From a virus (lineage: Duplodnaviria; Caudoviricetes), in IMG/VR virus record IMGVR_UViG_3300032322_001062, positions 1 to 63,108 of that record: a stretch of DNA of 63,108 nucleotides. One strand, given 5' to 3'. A program made the translations under genes and the position numbers. Below the pieces are notes generated by a model, which saw only the letters and a list, made by a program, of their open reading frames with translations, was not told where the DNA came from and did not search any database. Positions within the stretch are counted from its first letter, which is position 1, and every line of letters begins with the position of its first letter. This document shows, in pieces, positions 36,824 through 45,681 of the stretch.

Positions 36824-38228
36824 AAACCAGGAGATCGTATACAACGCGCTCGACACCATGCAGACGATGGCCCTCAAGGAAATCTTTGACGGGGGCCTGC
36901 TGCCTGCATGGGCGTCGACGACCTACCGCTACAGCGAACTGATGCTGGGTCCCATCATGACCATGATGCGGCGCGGTGTGCAGATCGACACCGAGCGGCG
37001 GGACATGCTGGTGCGTGGCCTGCGTGAACGGGCCGACAAGGTGCAGGCGCGGTTCGACTTCCTGTGCGAGTCGCTGTTCAACACGACCGTCAACCACAAC
37101 TCGACGCCCCAGCTTCAGACTTTGTTCTATGAGTTTCTGGCGATCCCCGAGCAGACCAAGTCCAAGAAGGGTGAGGTCAAGGTCGGGGCCGACCGGGAAA
37201 TCCTCGAACGCATTGCCCGCGACTATCCGCGTGGCGCCCTCTTTGCCAACCACATTCTGCGTATCCGGGACCTCGAAAAGCAGATCGAGTTCCTGTCGAA
37301 GAAGCTGTCGCCCAGCAACCGCTTCCACGCTGCGTTCAATGTGGCTGGCACCGAGACGTTCCGCCTGTCGTCCAGCGAACATCCGTTCCGCATTGGCTCG
37401 AACTTGCAGAACATCCCGAAGGAGGCGCGCACTTGCTTCGTCGCCGACCCCGGCTACATGCTGTTCTACTCGGACCAGCAGGGTGCCGAGGCCCGCATTG
37501 TCGCCTACCTGTCAGGTGACGAGAACTACATCGCGGCTGTCGAGGGCGGCGACTCGCACACTATGGTGGCCAGCATGGTGTTCGGCTTCCCGACTGACCG
37601 CGAACTCGCAGAGCGCGAGTACTACCGGGGCTACTCCTACCGGGACATCACGAAGCGCGGCGCCCACGGCTCCAACTACTATGGCAAGCCGTTCACTTTG
37701 GCGCAGCAGATGAAGGTCGAGACGGCCGTGGCCGAAGCCTTCCAGATGCAGTACTTCCGGCGCTTCCCCGGTATCTCTAACTGGCATGCGTGGGTGGCCA
37801 ACCAGTTGCAGAAGAAGGGCTACCTGATTAGTCCGTTCGGTATCCGCCGCAACTTCTGGAACCGGCGCTGGGATGATGCCACCCTGCGTGAAGCGATTGC
37901 CTTCGTACCCCAGCACTGCGTTGGCGTGCTGATGAACGTGGGCATCTATCAGATTTGGGAGCGGTTCGAGGGCAAGCCCGGAGCCGATGTCCAGATCCTG
38001 CTGAACCTCCATGACGCGGTTCTCGGTCAGGTCCGTATCGACAAGGCCGCCGAGTTGTTGCCGCAGGTCTTGGAGTGCTTGCACTTTCCTTTCCCCGTGA
38101 CTGACATTAATGGGATTACCCGTGAAATAGTTATTCCCTTTGATGTCGAGGTCGGTTACAATTGGGGCAAGGCCAGTGACAAGAACCCGTCTGGCCTCAA
38201 GAAGTGGAGGCCCGATGGCAAGGCATGA
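36780..38228 (+). CDS. polA: Family A DNA polymerase (ExoIII plus polymerase domain)
   Basis: YNALD, TETFRLSS, NLQNIP, motif A DQQGAEAR, motif B RDITKRGAHGSNY, motif C LHDA. Confidence 0.92.
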   Translation: MVKTLQLQNLTITPENQEIVYNALDTMQTMALKEIFDGGLLPAWASTTYRYSELMLGPIMTMMRRGVQIDTERRDMLVRGLRERADKVQARFDFLCESLFNTTVNHNSTPQLQTLFYEFLAIPEQTKSKKGEVKVGADREILERIARDYPRGALFANHILRIRDLEKQIEFLSKKLSPSNRFHAAFNVAGTETFRLSSSEHPFRIGSNLQNIPKEARTCFVADPGYMLFYSDQQGAEARIVAYLSGDENYIAAVEGGDSHTMVASMVFGFPTDRELAEREYYRGYSYRDITKRGAHGSNYYGKPFTLAQQMKVETAVAEAFQMQYFRRFPGISNWHAWVANQLQKKGYLISPFGIRRNFWNRRWDDATLREAIAFVPQHCVGVLMNVGIYQIWERFEGKPGADVQILLNLHDAVLGQVRIDKAAELLPQVLECLHFPFPVTDINGITREIVIPFDVEVGYNWGKASDKNPSGLKKWRPDGKA

Positions 38229-38421
38229 CTATTTGAGTGACCGCGCTGCCAACTACAAGCTGATGTCTGACATCAAAAGCTGGTGGCGCAAGCGCGGTTA
38301 CGTCGTGCGGGTCTGGCTCGAAAAGGCCGTTGACCCTATGAGCGGTTCGCAGATTCATGTGATCCGCACCAACATCGTGCAGTCTGTCACCACCGCAAGG
38401 AGCAACTACTATGTCGAATGA
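38215..38421 (+). CDS. Hypothetical protein
   Basis: GGAGG RBS; IKSWWRKRGY..VW motif. Confidence 0.6.
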   Translation: MARHDYLSDRAANYKLMSDIKSWWRKRGYVVRVWLEKAVDPMSGSQIHVIRTNIVQSVTTARSNYYVE

Positions 38422-38737
38422 CAACGTGATCGCTTTCCCGGGTTCCGCTGCCACCACCAAGCAGGACGACGATCTTGACGGGATGATCAAGGTCGATCTG
38501 GGCATCAACCCCGACGAGGAAATGGAAGAGGTCATCCTCCAGCTTATTGACCTGCTGCGCGAGCGGAAGGCTTCCATCCGTAGCTTCATCTGCGCCATTG
38601 CCATCGACGAGAGCGAGGAAGCGGGTACGGCCTGCCACACCCTGACCTCGCCGATTGAGCCGAGCGAGTATGCGCTGCTGCTCAAGATGCTTGAAGGTTC
38701 CTTCCAGCGCCGCCTTAGCGGGATGCGCGATTCGTGA
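38411..38737 (+). CDS. Hypothetical acidic protein
   Basis: AAGGAG RBS; NVIAFP start. Confidence 0.6.
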   Translation: MSNDNVIAFPGSAATTKQDDDLDGMIKVDLGINPDEEMEEVILQLIDLLRERKASIRSFICAIAIDESEEAGTACHTLTSPIEPSEYALLLKMLEGSFQRRLSGMRDS

Positions 38738-39189
38738 AACTGCGCCCGCCCCTCGTCGCCAAGTACGCTGACTATGTGCCGGTCTTCCCGGTGCAGCAGC
38801 GGACGGCGGCGCAGCGGGCGGGCATCTCCTTTGAGAAGGCTGTGCAGAAGCGCCTCCAACTTCTGCATAAGCGGGTCGAGGTAGGGCCGTGGCTCTACTA
38901 CAAGGCGGCCCGTAAAGGTGGCGTCTGCCAGCCGGACGCCCTGTTGTGGCTGGCAGACGACCATATCTGCATCGTCGAGATCAAGTTGTCGTGGATGCGT
39001 CCAGTCCGCAAGAAACTCCTAGAGTTCTACGGACCTATCGTCCAAGCTATCTACCCAGAGGCCAGGCTTTCCTTCCTACAAATCTACAAGAACGCCAAGC
39101 CTCAGTCGCACAAGAAGCCGATCAGCATCTACGCGCTGGGCGGTCTACCCATCAACAAGTACAAGGAATGCCAATGGCTGGGCCTGTAG
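38734..39189 (+). CDS. PD-(D/E)XK nuclease (resolvase-like)
   Basis: GISFE, QPD...IVEIK. Confidence 0.65.
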   Translation: MKLRPPLVAKYADYVPVFPVQQRTAAQRAGISFEKAVQKRLQLLHKRVEVGPWLYYKAARKGGVCQPDALLWLADDHICIVEIKLSWMRPVRKKLLEFYGPIVQAIYPEARLSFLQIYKNAKPQSHKKPISIYALGGLPINKYKECQWLGL

Positions 39190-39638
39190 CAATCAAGTTC
39201 AAGCGCCTTACCTCGACGGCCATTCTGCCGACCCGGGCCACCGAAGGCGCTGCCTGCTTCGACCTGTATGCCGACGAGCTTCATGCTCTCGATGACATGA
39301 GGACGCGGCGCACGGTGGGCACCGGCATCGCTGTCGAGTTGCCGCCCGGCTACGTCGGCCTGATCTGTTCGCGCTCCGGTCTTTCGGCGAAGGAAGGAAT
39401 TTTTGTCATCAATTCGCCGGGAGTTATTGACGAGGACTACCGGGGTGAGTTAAAGGTGATCCTCGGGCGGCTCCCGTATACGCCGCAATGGCCCCATCCT
39501 GACCTGTTCATGGTCGAGAAGGGGATGCGGGTCGCCCAGCTTATGGTCCAGCAACTGCCGCAGCTTGAAGTTGTGGAAGTTGAAGACCTTTCAACCACGG
39601 CTCGGGGCGCAGGTGGCCTCGGCTCAACGGGAGTCTGA
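39174..39638 (+). CDS. dut: Trimeric dUTPase
   Basis: ACFDL, SRSGL, GVIDEDYRGE, RVAQL, RGAGGLGSTG. Confidence 0.95.
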   Translation: MAGPVAIKFKRLTSTAILPTRATEGAACFDLYADELHALDDMRTRRTVGTGIAVELPPGYVGLICSRSGLSAKEGIFVINSPGVIDEDYRGELKVILGRLPYTPQWPHPDLFMVEKGMRVAQLMVQQLPQLEVVEVEDLSTTARGAGGLGSTGV

Positions 39639-39639
39639 C

Positions 39640-39849
39640 ATGATTATCACGCAGATCGGTGCAACCGCTGCCATCATTGGCTTTGCGATTGCCATCTTCG
39701 CGTCGTTCTATCTGGACACGGCTGGCACCTACGGCGAACCGGACCGCGAAAACAAGTTGAACATCGTTGACCGCACGGTTATCGGCGGCTTCGCCATGTT
39801 CTTCATTGGCATCCTCGTCGGCCTCATTGGGCTGGTGTGGGGCATCTGA
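39640..39849 (+). CDS. Small membrane protein with two TM segments
   Basis: Two hydrophobic segments; GGGAG RBS. Confidence 0.6.
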   Translation: MIITQIGATAAIIGFAIAIFASFYLDTAGTYGEPDRENKLNIVDRTVIGGFAMFFIGILVGLIGLVWGI

Positions 39850-39851
39850 GC

Positions 39852-40631
39852 GTGTCCTCCCGCGAGACCTACCCCAAGACGGTCCTGCTTATCCCCGACA
39901 CCCATGCGATGCCGGGCGACAAGCTGGACCGTTTCGCCAAGATGATGGCGTTCATGGAGAACCGCAACATCGTGCTGGACCGGGTGGTCCATATCGGTGA
40001 TCTGTGGGACTTCGCCTCCCTCTGCACCCACGACATGGAAGACCCGAAGTGGGCGCACCGCTCCTTGCAGGAGGACGTCGAGGCTGGCTTCAACGCCCTT
40101 GACTGGATCGCCTCTATCGCTGCGTCCTACGGGGGCGCGCCCATCGACTTCATCGAGGGCAACCATGAGGACCGCTACAACAAGTGGATGGCCTCCGACA
40201 ACCGGCTGCTGACGTCGGACTTCCCCAAGACGGTCAAGCAGTTGGTGGCCCAGCGGCGCCCGACCTTCAAGGTCCGCTACCACTCGTTCCTCAAGCCGGT
40301 CTCCATCTACGGCGCCGTCTTCCAGCACTACTTCGTAAGTGGGGTGATGGGTCGGCCGCAGGGTGGCGAGCATCATGCCAACAATCTGTTGCGGTCCCAG
40401 CACGTTTCGTGCATCTGCGGCCATTCGCACCTGCTGTCCACTTCTACTCGGACCAAGGGCGACGGCAGCAAGATTTACGGGTTGGTGGGAGGCTGCTTCG
40501 TGGACCCCGAAGGCGACTTTGCCTATGCCAAGGCGGCCAAGAAGCTGTGGTGGAACGGCTTTCACCTGTTGCATTTCTATGCACCGGGCGAGTTCGACGT
40601 CGAGTCCATCAGTCTTGAAAGGTTGGGGTAA
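39852..40631 (+). CDS. Calcineurin-like metallophosphoesterase
   Basis: PDTH, GDLWD, GNHE, GHSH motifs. Confidence 0.9.
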   Translation: MSSRETYPKTVLLIPDTHAMPGDKLDRFAKMMAFMENRNIVLDRVVHIGDLWDFASLCTHDMEDPKWAHRSLQEDVEAGFNALDWIASIAASYGGAPIDFIEGNHEDRYNKWMASDNRLLTSDFPKTVKQLVAQRRPTFKVRYHSFLKPVSIYGAVFQHYFVSGVMGRPQGGEHHANNLLRSQHVSCICGHSHLLSTSTRTKGDGSKIYGLVGGCFVDPEGDFAYAKAAKKLWWNGFHLLHFYAPGEFDVESISLERLG

Positions 40632-40643
40632 ACCTGCTATAAT
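40615..40643 (+). promoter_or_regulatory. Sigma70 promoter with extended -10; probable leaderless mRNA
   Basis: TTGAAA-N17-TATAAT preceded by TG; ATG 5 nt downstream. Confidence 0.7.
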
Positions 40644-40648
40644 ATAGC

Positions 40649-40903
40649 ATGGCCAAAACCCCTGCTTGGCAGCGTGCCGAAGGCAAGAACCCCGAAGGCG
40701 GGCTCAATGCCAAAGGCCGTGCCTCTTATAATCGTGCGAACCCCGGTAAGCCGGGCCTCAAAGCTCCTCAACCCGAGGGAGGCCCGCGCCGGGATTCGTT
40801 CTGTGCCCGCATGAAGGGCATGAAGAAGAAGCTAACTTCCAAGAAGACGGCCAACGATCCTAACAGTCGGATCAACAAATCACTCAGGGCGTGGAACTGC
40901 TAA
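40649..40903 (+). CDS. Small basic phage protein
   Basis: AWQRAEGKNPEGGLNAKGRASY...SFCARM...SLRAWNC. Confidence 0.8.
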   Translation: MAKTPAWQRAEGKNPEGGLNAKGRASYNRANPGKPGLKAPQPEGGPRRDSFCARMKGMKKKLTSKKTANDPNSRINKSLRAWNC

Positions 40904-40904
40904 G

Positions 40905-41081
40905 ATGCCACTCGTCAAAGGCAAGTCTGACAAGGCCGTCAGCAAGAACATCAGTACGTTGGTTGGCGACTTCGAGAAGCGGGGCCGGATCGGCACCTCC
41001 CGCCCAGCCAACAAGGCTGCCGCCGTGAAGCAGGCCACGGCCATCGCCCTCCAGAAAGCCGGGCGCCAGAAGGCCAAGTAA
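40905..41081 (+). CDS. Small basic protein (58 aa, not in the ORF track)
   Basis: MPLVKGKSDKAVSKNI...KQATAIALQKAG. Confidence 0.7.
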   Translation: MPLVKGKSDKAVSKNISTLVGDFEKRGRIGTSRPANKAAAVKQATAIALQKAGRQKAK

Positions 41082-41495
41082 ATGGCAGGCTTCCTTGCCA
41101 TGCTGCCGACCTTGGTGCCAGCCCTGACTGAGGTGCTGGACCGGGTGATTCCTGATCAGGCTGCGGCAGCCAAGGCCAAGCTGGAAATGGAAGCCAAGCT
41201 GCTTGAGGCCGCCACCGCGCAGGCTTCGCAGCAGGCCGAAATCAATAAGACCGAAGCCCAGCATTCGTCCATTTTCGTGGCAGGCTGGCGCCCATACATT
41301 GGTTGGGTCTGCGGCATGGCGATTGCGTGGGCTTTCCTTGTGGCGCCGATGCTGTCGTGGCTGCTGCCGGTGCTGGGTGTGGTGCCAGTGGTGCCCCCGC
41401 TTCAGACGGAGTTCCTGCTGGAACTGGTGTTTGCGATGCTGGGTCTGGGCGGCCTGCGTACCTTCGAGAAGCTGAAGGGAGTGGCGTCCCGGTGA
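41082..41495 (+). CDS. Holin (3TM / GTA-like type)
   Basis: FVAGWRPYIGWVC, MLGLGGLRTFEK; directly upstream of the endolysin. Confidence 0.8.
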   Translation: MAGFLAMLPTLVPALTEVLDRVIPDQAAAAKAKLEMEAKLLEAATAQASQQAEINKTEAQHSSIFVAGWRPYIGWVCGMAIAWAFLVAPMLSWLLPVLGVVPVVPPLQTEFLLELVFAMLGLGGLRTFEKLKGVASR

Positions 41496-41866
41496 GCCTG
41501 AACGCTAGGAGCAGGGAGCGCCTCAAGGGCGTGCATCCCGACCTCGTTGCCGTCGTCGAGCGAGCCGCCGCGATTGGGCCTGCCTTCATCGTGACCGAGG
41601 GCCTGCGCACCGTCGAACGCCAGAAGCAGTTGGTTGCGGCCGGTGCTTCGCGGACCATGAACTCTCGCCACATTACAGGCCATGCCGTTGATCTGGCTGC
41701 GCTTGTGGACGGGAAGGTCCGTTGGGACTGGCCGCTGTATCATAAGCTGGCTGCTGCCATGAAGCAAGCGGCAGCCGAGCGAAACGTCGCTATTATCTGG
41801 GGTGGCGACTGGAAATCCTTCCCAGACGGACCCCACTTTGAACTGGCCCGCGTGGCCTATCCATAG
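41492..41866 (+). CDS. Endolysin, M15 peptidase
   Basis: RLKGVHPDL, EGLRT, SRHITGHAVD, WGGDW, DGPHFE. Confidence 0.9.
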   Translation: MSLNARSRERLKGVHPDLVAVVERAAAIGPAFIVTEGLRTVERQKQLVAAGASRTMNSRHITGHAVDLAALVDGKVRWDWPLYHKLAAAMKQAAAERNVAIIWGGDWKSFPDGPHFELARVAYP

Positions 41867-41876
41867 GAGAAGTAAA

Positions 41877-42806
41877 ATGGCTGATGATATTCGTAGTCGC
41901 GCAGGACTTGATCCCCGCGCAGAGGCTGCCCGGCGCCGTCGTGAAGGTGAGGCCCGTCGTGCTGCTGCCCGTGAGGCCCTGACGCAGGAGCAGATGCGCG
42001 AGCGTACCATGCGTGAGATGGAGCAGCGCCGCGCTGCCCCTACCCGCTCCGCCGCCGCTCCGGCTGCCCCACCTGCGGGATCGGCCGCACCGGGTCAGAG
42101 CTTTTCGCAGCGCCTTCAGGCAGAGGCTATGCGCCCGCCCACGTCTGGTCCGGCAGGCCAAGCTTCACGCGCTCGCATGGGCGCCGGGGCGCTGGGCGCT
42201 GGTGCCGCTCTTGGCGTAGCGGGCTATGAGGCGTATCGCCGGGGCATGTTTGATCGCACCCGCCCGGAAGCACCGGCCACTGAAGCGCCTGCGCCTGCTC
42301 CGCGCATGCGAGACGAAGATATGCAGACGGCAGATATGCCGGGCAATCTTGCGGCGAACCGTGGCGGCGAACAGGCGGCAGCCCGTATGCGGGAAGTTGA
42401 CATGCAGCGCAGTGACGTTCCCGGCAATCGTGCGGCAAGCCCCCCGCCTCGCCCGCGTCCTCGCCCTGCTGCCCCGGCCCGCAATGAGATTTCGGCAGAG
42501 CGTCTGAACCAGTTGGCAGATGGTGCGGAGCCGACGGATCAGCGGGAGCGCGAGATTCAGGCGCGGCTGATGGGTCGTCGCCAAGAGCTTGAGGAGCGGG
42601 GCACTGCCTTCAAGAAGGGTGGCATGGTGAAGCAGAAGGCCAAGCCGGTTGCCAAGAAGGCGGGCGGCATGGTGGCTGCGAAGCCGGCGGCGAAGAAGAT
42701 GATGAAGGGCGGCATGGTTGCCAAGCCCAAGGCTGCTGTTAAGGCTAAGGCCAAGCCGATGCCCGCCTTCAAGAAGGGCGGCATGATTAAGAAGGGAAAG
42801 AAGTAA
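41877..42806 (+). CDS. Low-complexity protein with repeated xKGGMV C-terminal motifs
   Basis: AGGAG RBS; FKKGGMV, KKAGGMV, MMKGGMV, FKKGGMI. Confidence 0.7.
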   Translation: MADDIRSRAGLDPRAEAARRRREGEARRAAAREALTQEQMRERTMREMEQRRAAPTRSAAAPAAPPAGSAAPGQSFSQRLQAEAMRPPTSGPAGQASRARMGAGALGAGAALGVAGYEAYRRGMFDRTRPEAPATEAPAPAPRMRDEDMQTADMPGNLAANRGGEQAAARMREVDMQRSDVPGNRAASPPPRPRPRPAAPARNEISAERLNQLADGAEPTDQREREIQARLMGRRQELEERGTAFKKGGMVKQKAKPVAKKAGGMVAAKPAAKKMMKGGMVAKPKAAVKAKAKPMPAFKKGGMIKKGKK

Positions 42807-42940
42807 TGCCTGGCATGATGAAGAAGGGTATGATGTACCAGAAGGGCGGCAAGGTGATGGCCCCCGCCCCGGTTAAGAAGAAGGCCGGCGGCGTGGTGAA
42901 GAAGGCCAAGGGCGGCATGATCGGTAAGGGGTGCAAGTGA
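42806..42940 (+). CDS. 44-aa basic peptide built from KGG motifs (not in the ORF track)
   Basis: TAATG coupling; MPGMMKKGMMYQKGGKV...KKAGGVV.KAKGGMI. Confidence 0.6.
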   Translation: MPGMMKKGMMYQKGGKVMAPAPVKKKAGGVVKKAKGGMIGKGCK

Positions 42941-43113
42941 TGATGCGTTCGAATATGGGCAAGCAGGTTACGCAAGGCCCGATGAAGAAGAAGGCCGGCG
43001 GCGCCGTGAAGGCGAAGGCGGTCAAGATGCAGAAGGGTGGCAAGGTGCCGTGTGCGCAGTGCCCGAACCCGGCGGCGTGCCGTAAGGCCGGTCGCTGTCT
43101 GATGGCTGGCTAA
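42940..43113 (+). CDS. Small basic protein with KGG motifs and a Cys cluster
   Basis: TGATG coupling; KKAGGAV, MQKGGKV, CAQC..C...C. Confidence 0.6.
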   Translation: MMRSNMGKQVTQGPMKKKAGGAVKAKAVKMQKGGKVPCAQCPNPAACRKAGRCLMAG

Positions 43114-43298
43114 TGGCCAAGAAACCCGAAAGTCGGGTGAACGAAGCGGGCGTCTACACGAAGCCCGGCATGCGCAAGTCCTTGTTCGAACGCATCAAAG
43201 CGGGGGACAAGGGCGGCAGGCCGGGTCAGTGGAGCGCCCGCAAAGCTCAGATGCTCGCCTCCGAATACAAGGCGAAGGGCGGGGGCTACAAGTCGTGA
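43113..43298 (+). CDS. Small basic phage protein
   Basis: YTKPGMRK...GQWSARKAQML..YK.KGGGY. Confidence 0.75.
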   Translation: MAKKPESRVNEAGVYTKPGMRKSLFERIKAGDKGGRPGQWSARKAQMLASEYKAKGGGYKS

Positions 43299-43540
43299 AG
43301 GCACCGCAGAAGTCGCTGGTCGATTGGACCAAGCAGAAGTGGCGCACCAAGTCTGGCAAGCCCTCGACGCAGGGACCGAACGCTACAGGTGAACGGTATC
43401 TGCCCGAGGCTGCCATCAAGGCTATGCCGGCCTCCACTTATGCGGCGAGTAGTGCGGCGAAGCGGAAGGCGACGCGGGCTGGCAAGCAGTTTTCACAGCA
43501 GCCTGCCAGCGCCGCCAAGATTGCGAAGAAGTTCCGCTAG
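43295..43540 (+). CDS. Small basic phage protein
   Basis: QKSLVDWTKQKWRTKSGKPS...GERYLP. Confidence 0.75.
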   Translation: MKAPQKSLVDWTKQKWRTKSGKPSTQGPNATGERYLPEAAIKAMPASTYAASSAAKRKATRAGKQFSQQPASAAKIAKKFR

Positions 43541-45681
43541 AACGGATACTCCGTCGGCGCATTGTAGTTGTTGACGGTCTGTTCCCAGATCGCCGCACCG
43601 GCGCCCTCGCCGTGGAATGTGACGTTGATGCGGTTCTCGACCAGCCAGCGGTTCCACTGCCCCAGATCCTGCATCGCAGCCACCAGTTCGCCGGTCGTCA
43701 GGTAGGACTTCTGGTCGGCACCTAGGTTGACGCGCATCAGCGACTGCTTGATGTCGTCCTTGACGGTGTCTTCCGGGTAGAAGAAGTCGTAGCCGTAGAA
43801 CTCAAAGCGGCGGAACCCCATCACAAAAGCCAGCATAGGAATCCGGGTCGCCGAGCAGGTGCCGCCCGCCACAACCATGCCCGTATCGAAGGACGCCGGC
43901 TTGGCTGCGAGCGTGGCCTGCGTGTGGGCGTGCCACCCAAAGATTTGCACGCCCTTTTCTTCGAGGACCTTACGCACTGAAGGATGCGTCATGGTGGCGA
44001 AGAGGAACTTGTCCTCCGGCCCGACGTCCTTGAAGAGGTCGGTGCGGATCACACCATGCGTAGACTTGCCGTCGACCGGGCGCGGATCGAGAATGACGGT
44101 CCAGTCAGGCGTGATGCCGGCCTTCTTCAGGACAGGCAGCGCGTGCTTCACCGCAAAGATCACAGCACCGGCAGCCTGCTTGGTGCGGATTTCTTCGAGG
44201 AAGGACGGCAACGTGGGGCCGGCGCTGACCAGCAGAGCGGTCTTGGTGTGGGCCTGATAAGAGCCAATCCAAGTTGAGATGGCGGCAGCGTTATCCGCAA
44301 TATGCTGGATTTGCTCGCCCTTGTCAACTGAATCGACCGGCTTCACCTGAATGCGGGTCTTGAGTTCCGGCATCCTGTAGCCGTCGCGGACAACGAGACC
44401 GAAGGAGATAGTCTGCGTCAGGCCAGAGTAGCCGTCGCCGCTGGTGATGATGCGCTTCTGACCGCCGACTTCCTTCATCACCTTGCGCGGACCTTCCGGC
44501 GCACCTTCTTCCTCGTTGACGATCACGTCATCGAAGACGATGAAAGGCACGTGCTTCAGGCATTCGTAGTCCGACTTGGTCGTCTCGTAGCTATGGCCAC
44601 CGTCTATGTAGGCAAATGTAGAATCTGCTACAACGGCGGCCGAGGCGGGCAGGGTCTTGAGGGTGTTGCCCTTGATGAGCGAGAAGGCAAAGTTCAGGCC
44701 CTTGCGCGCCATCAACTGACTGTAGTTATTGAGGCGGTTGGTGACGATCCAAGAGTCGGCGTGAGGCTTGGTGTGGCCCTCATGCACCCGGTCGTTGCCA
44801 CCCTCGAAGGTGTCGAAGCCGACATAGGAGACGGACGTGACGCCCGTGGCGAAGGCTGCTTCTGCCATCTGGATTGCGCGGCTGCCGTTCCAAGTGCCGA
44901 CCTCGACGATGCGGGCCGCGCCGGTCTCGGCGATGGAAGTGGTCAGCAGTTCACACAGGGTTTCGTAACGGGCCGGCGCACCCAGTGCAGGGTTGGCGAT
45001 GGTCTGCTTGTCAGGGCCCTTGTAATGCACCATGTAGGCGGCGAGCGGCGACTGATGGAAGGCATCAAGGCCGAGGCAACCCGGCGACAGATTCTTGATT
45101 TGTAGGCCATGTGCCTGGTGCAGCAGGGCAATCCGGTCCAGAACTGCGTTGTCGTGGGCCTTCTTGTAGTGGAAGGCTTCGAGCGAATTGTAGAGGCCCC
45201 AGTAGTCGGCCAGCAGCGAGGCACCCTTGACGGTCGCCAGATTGAAGGCGAACCAAGAGCCTTCGCTCTCCTTGACGGAACGGCGATACAGATACGTCAG
45301 ATGGTAGTTGTCGTCAAAGAGTTCGGCCAGCAGGTCCTCATCGACCGGCCGCATGGTCTCGGTGTCCGCATCGACGAAGCCAATCCAGTCGAGGTCCGGC
45401 GTCACAGCGGAGGCGAGGGCCACCGCCTTGAAGCAGTATTCCAGAGAGGGGCCGTCCTTGGCCTTGGCACCGAGGTGCGCCTTCAGCTTCTGGAAGGAGG
45501 CAGTATCTTCAAGGGCGTGGAAGGTGACGTTCGGAAACTCAGGCACGTTACCTTCGAGGTCATGGTGCCAGATTTCGAGGGCGATATCGGCGGGCCAGAA
45601 CTTCGTGAAGGACTCGGCGAAACGCAGGCCATACCGTTCCCATGAGGTCGGCCCAATCGTGGTGATAATCTTAGCGCGCAT
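43537..45681 (-). CDS. Three-domain protein: GT-A-like, class I SAM methyltransferase, DUF115/Maf (MptE-like)
   Basis: WIGFVDAD; IVEVGTWNG, GFDTF, YIDGGHSY, VFDD; VSAGPTL...GGTCSATR..MGFRRFEFYGYD; start at ATG 45681. Confidence 0.7.
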   Translation of the reverse strand: MRAKIITTIGPTSWERYGLRFAESFTKFWPADIALEIWHHDLEGNVPEFPNVTFHALEDTASFQKLKAHLGAKAKDGPSLEYCFKAVALASAVTPDLDWIGFVDADTETMRPVDEDLLAELFDDNYHLTYLYRRSVKESEGSWFAFNLATVKGASLLADYWGLYNSLEAFHYKKAHDNAVLDRIALLHQAHGLQIKNLSPGCLGLDAFHQSPLAAYMVHYKGPDKQTIANPALGAPARYETLCELLTTSIAETGAARIVEVGTWNGSRAIQMAEAAFATGVTSVSYVGFDTFEGGNDRVHEGHTKPHADSWIVTNRLNNYSQLMARKGLNFAFSLIKGNTLKTLPASAAVVADSTFAYIDGGHSYETTKSDYECLKHVPFIVFDDVIVNEEEGAPEGPRKVMKEVGGQKRIITSGDGYSGLTQTISFGLVVRDGYRMPELKTRIQVKPVDSVDKGEQIQHIADNAAAISTWIGSYQAHTKTALLVSAGPTLPSFLEEIRTKQAAGAVIFAVKHALPVLKKAGITPDWTVILDPRPVDGKSTHGVIRTDLFKDVGPEDKFLFATMTHPSVRKVLEEKGVQIFGWHAHTQATLAAKPASFDTGMVVAGGTCSATRIPMLAFVMGFRRFEFYGYDFFYPEDTVKDDIKQSLMRVNLGADQKSYLTTGELVAAMQDLGQWNRWLVENRINVTFHGEGAGAAIWEQTVNNYNAPTEYPF

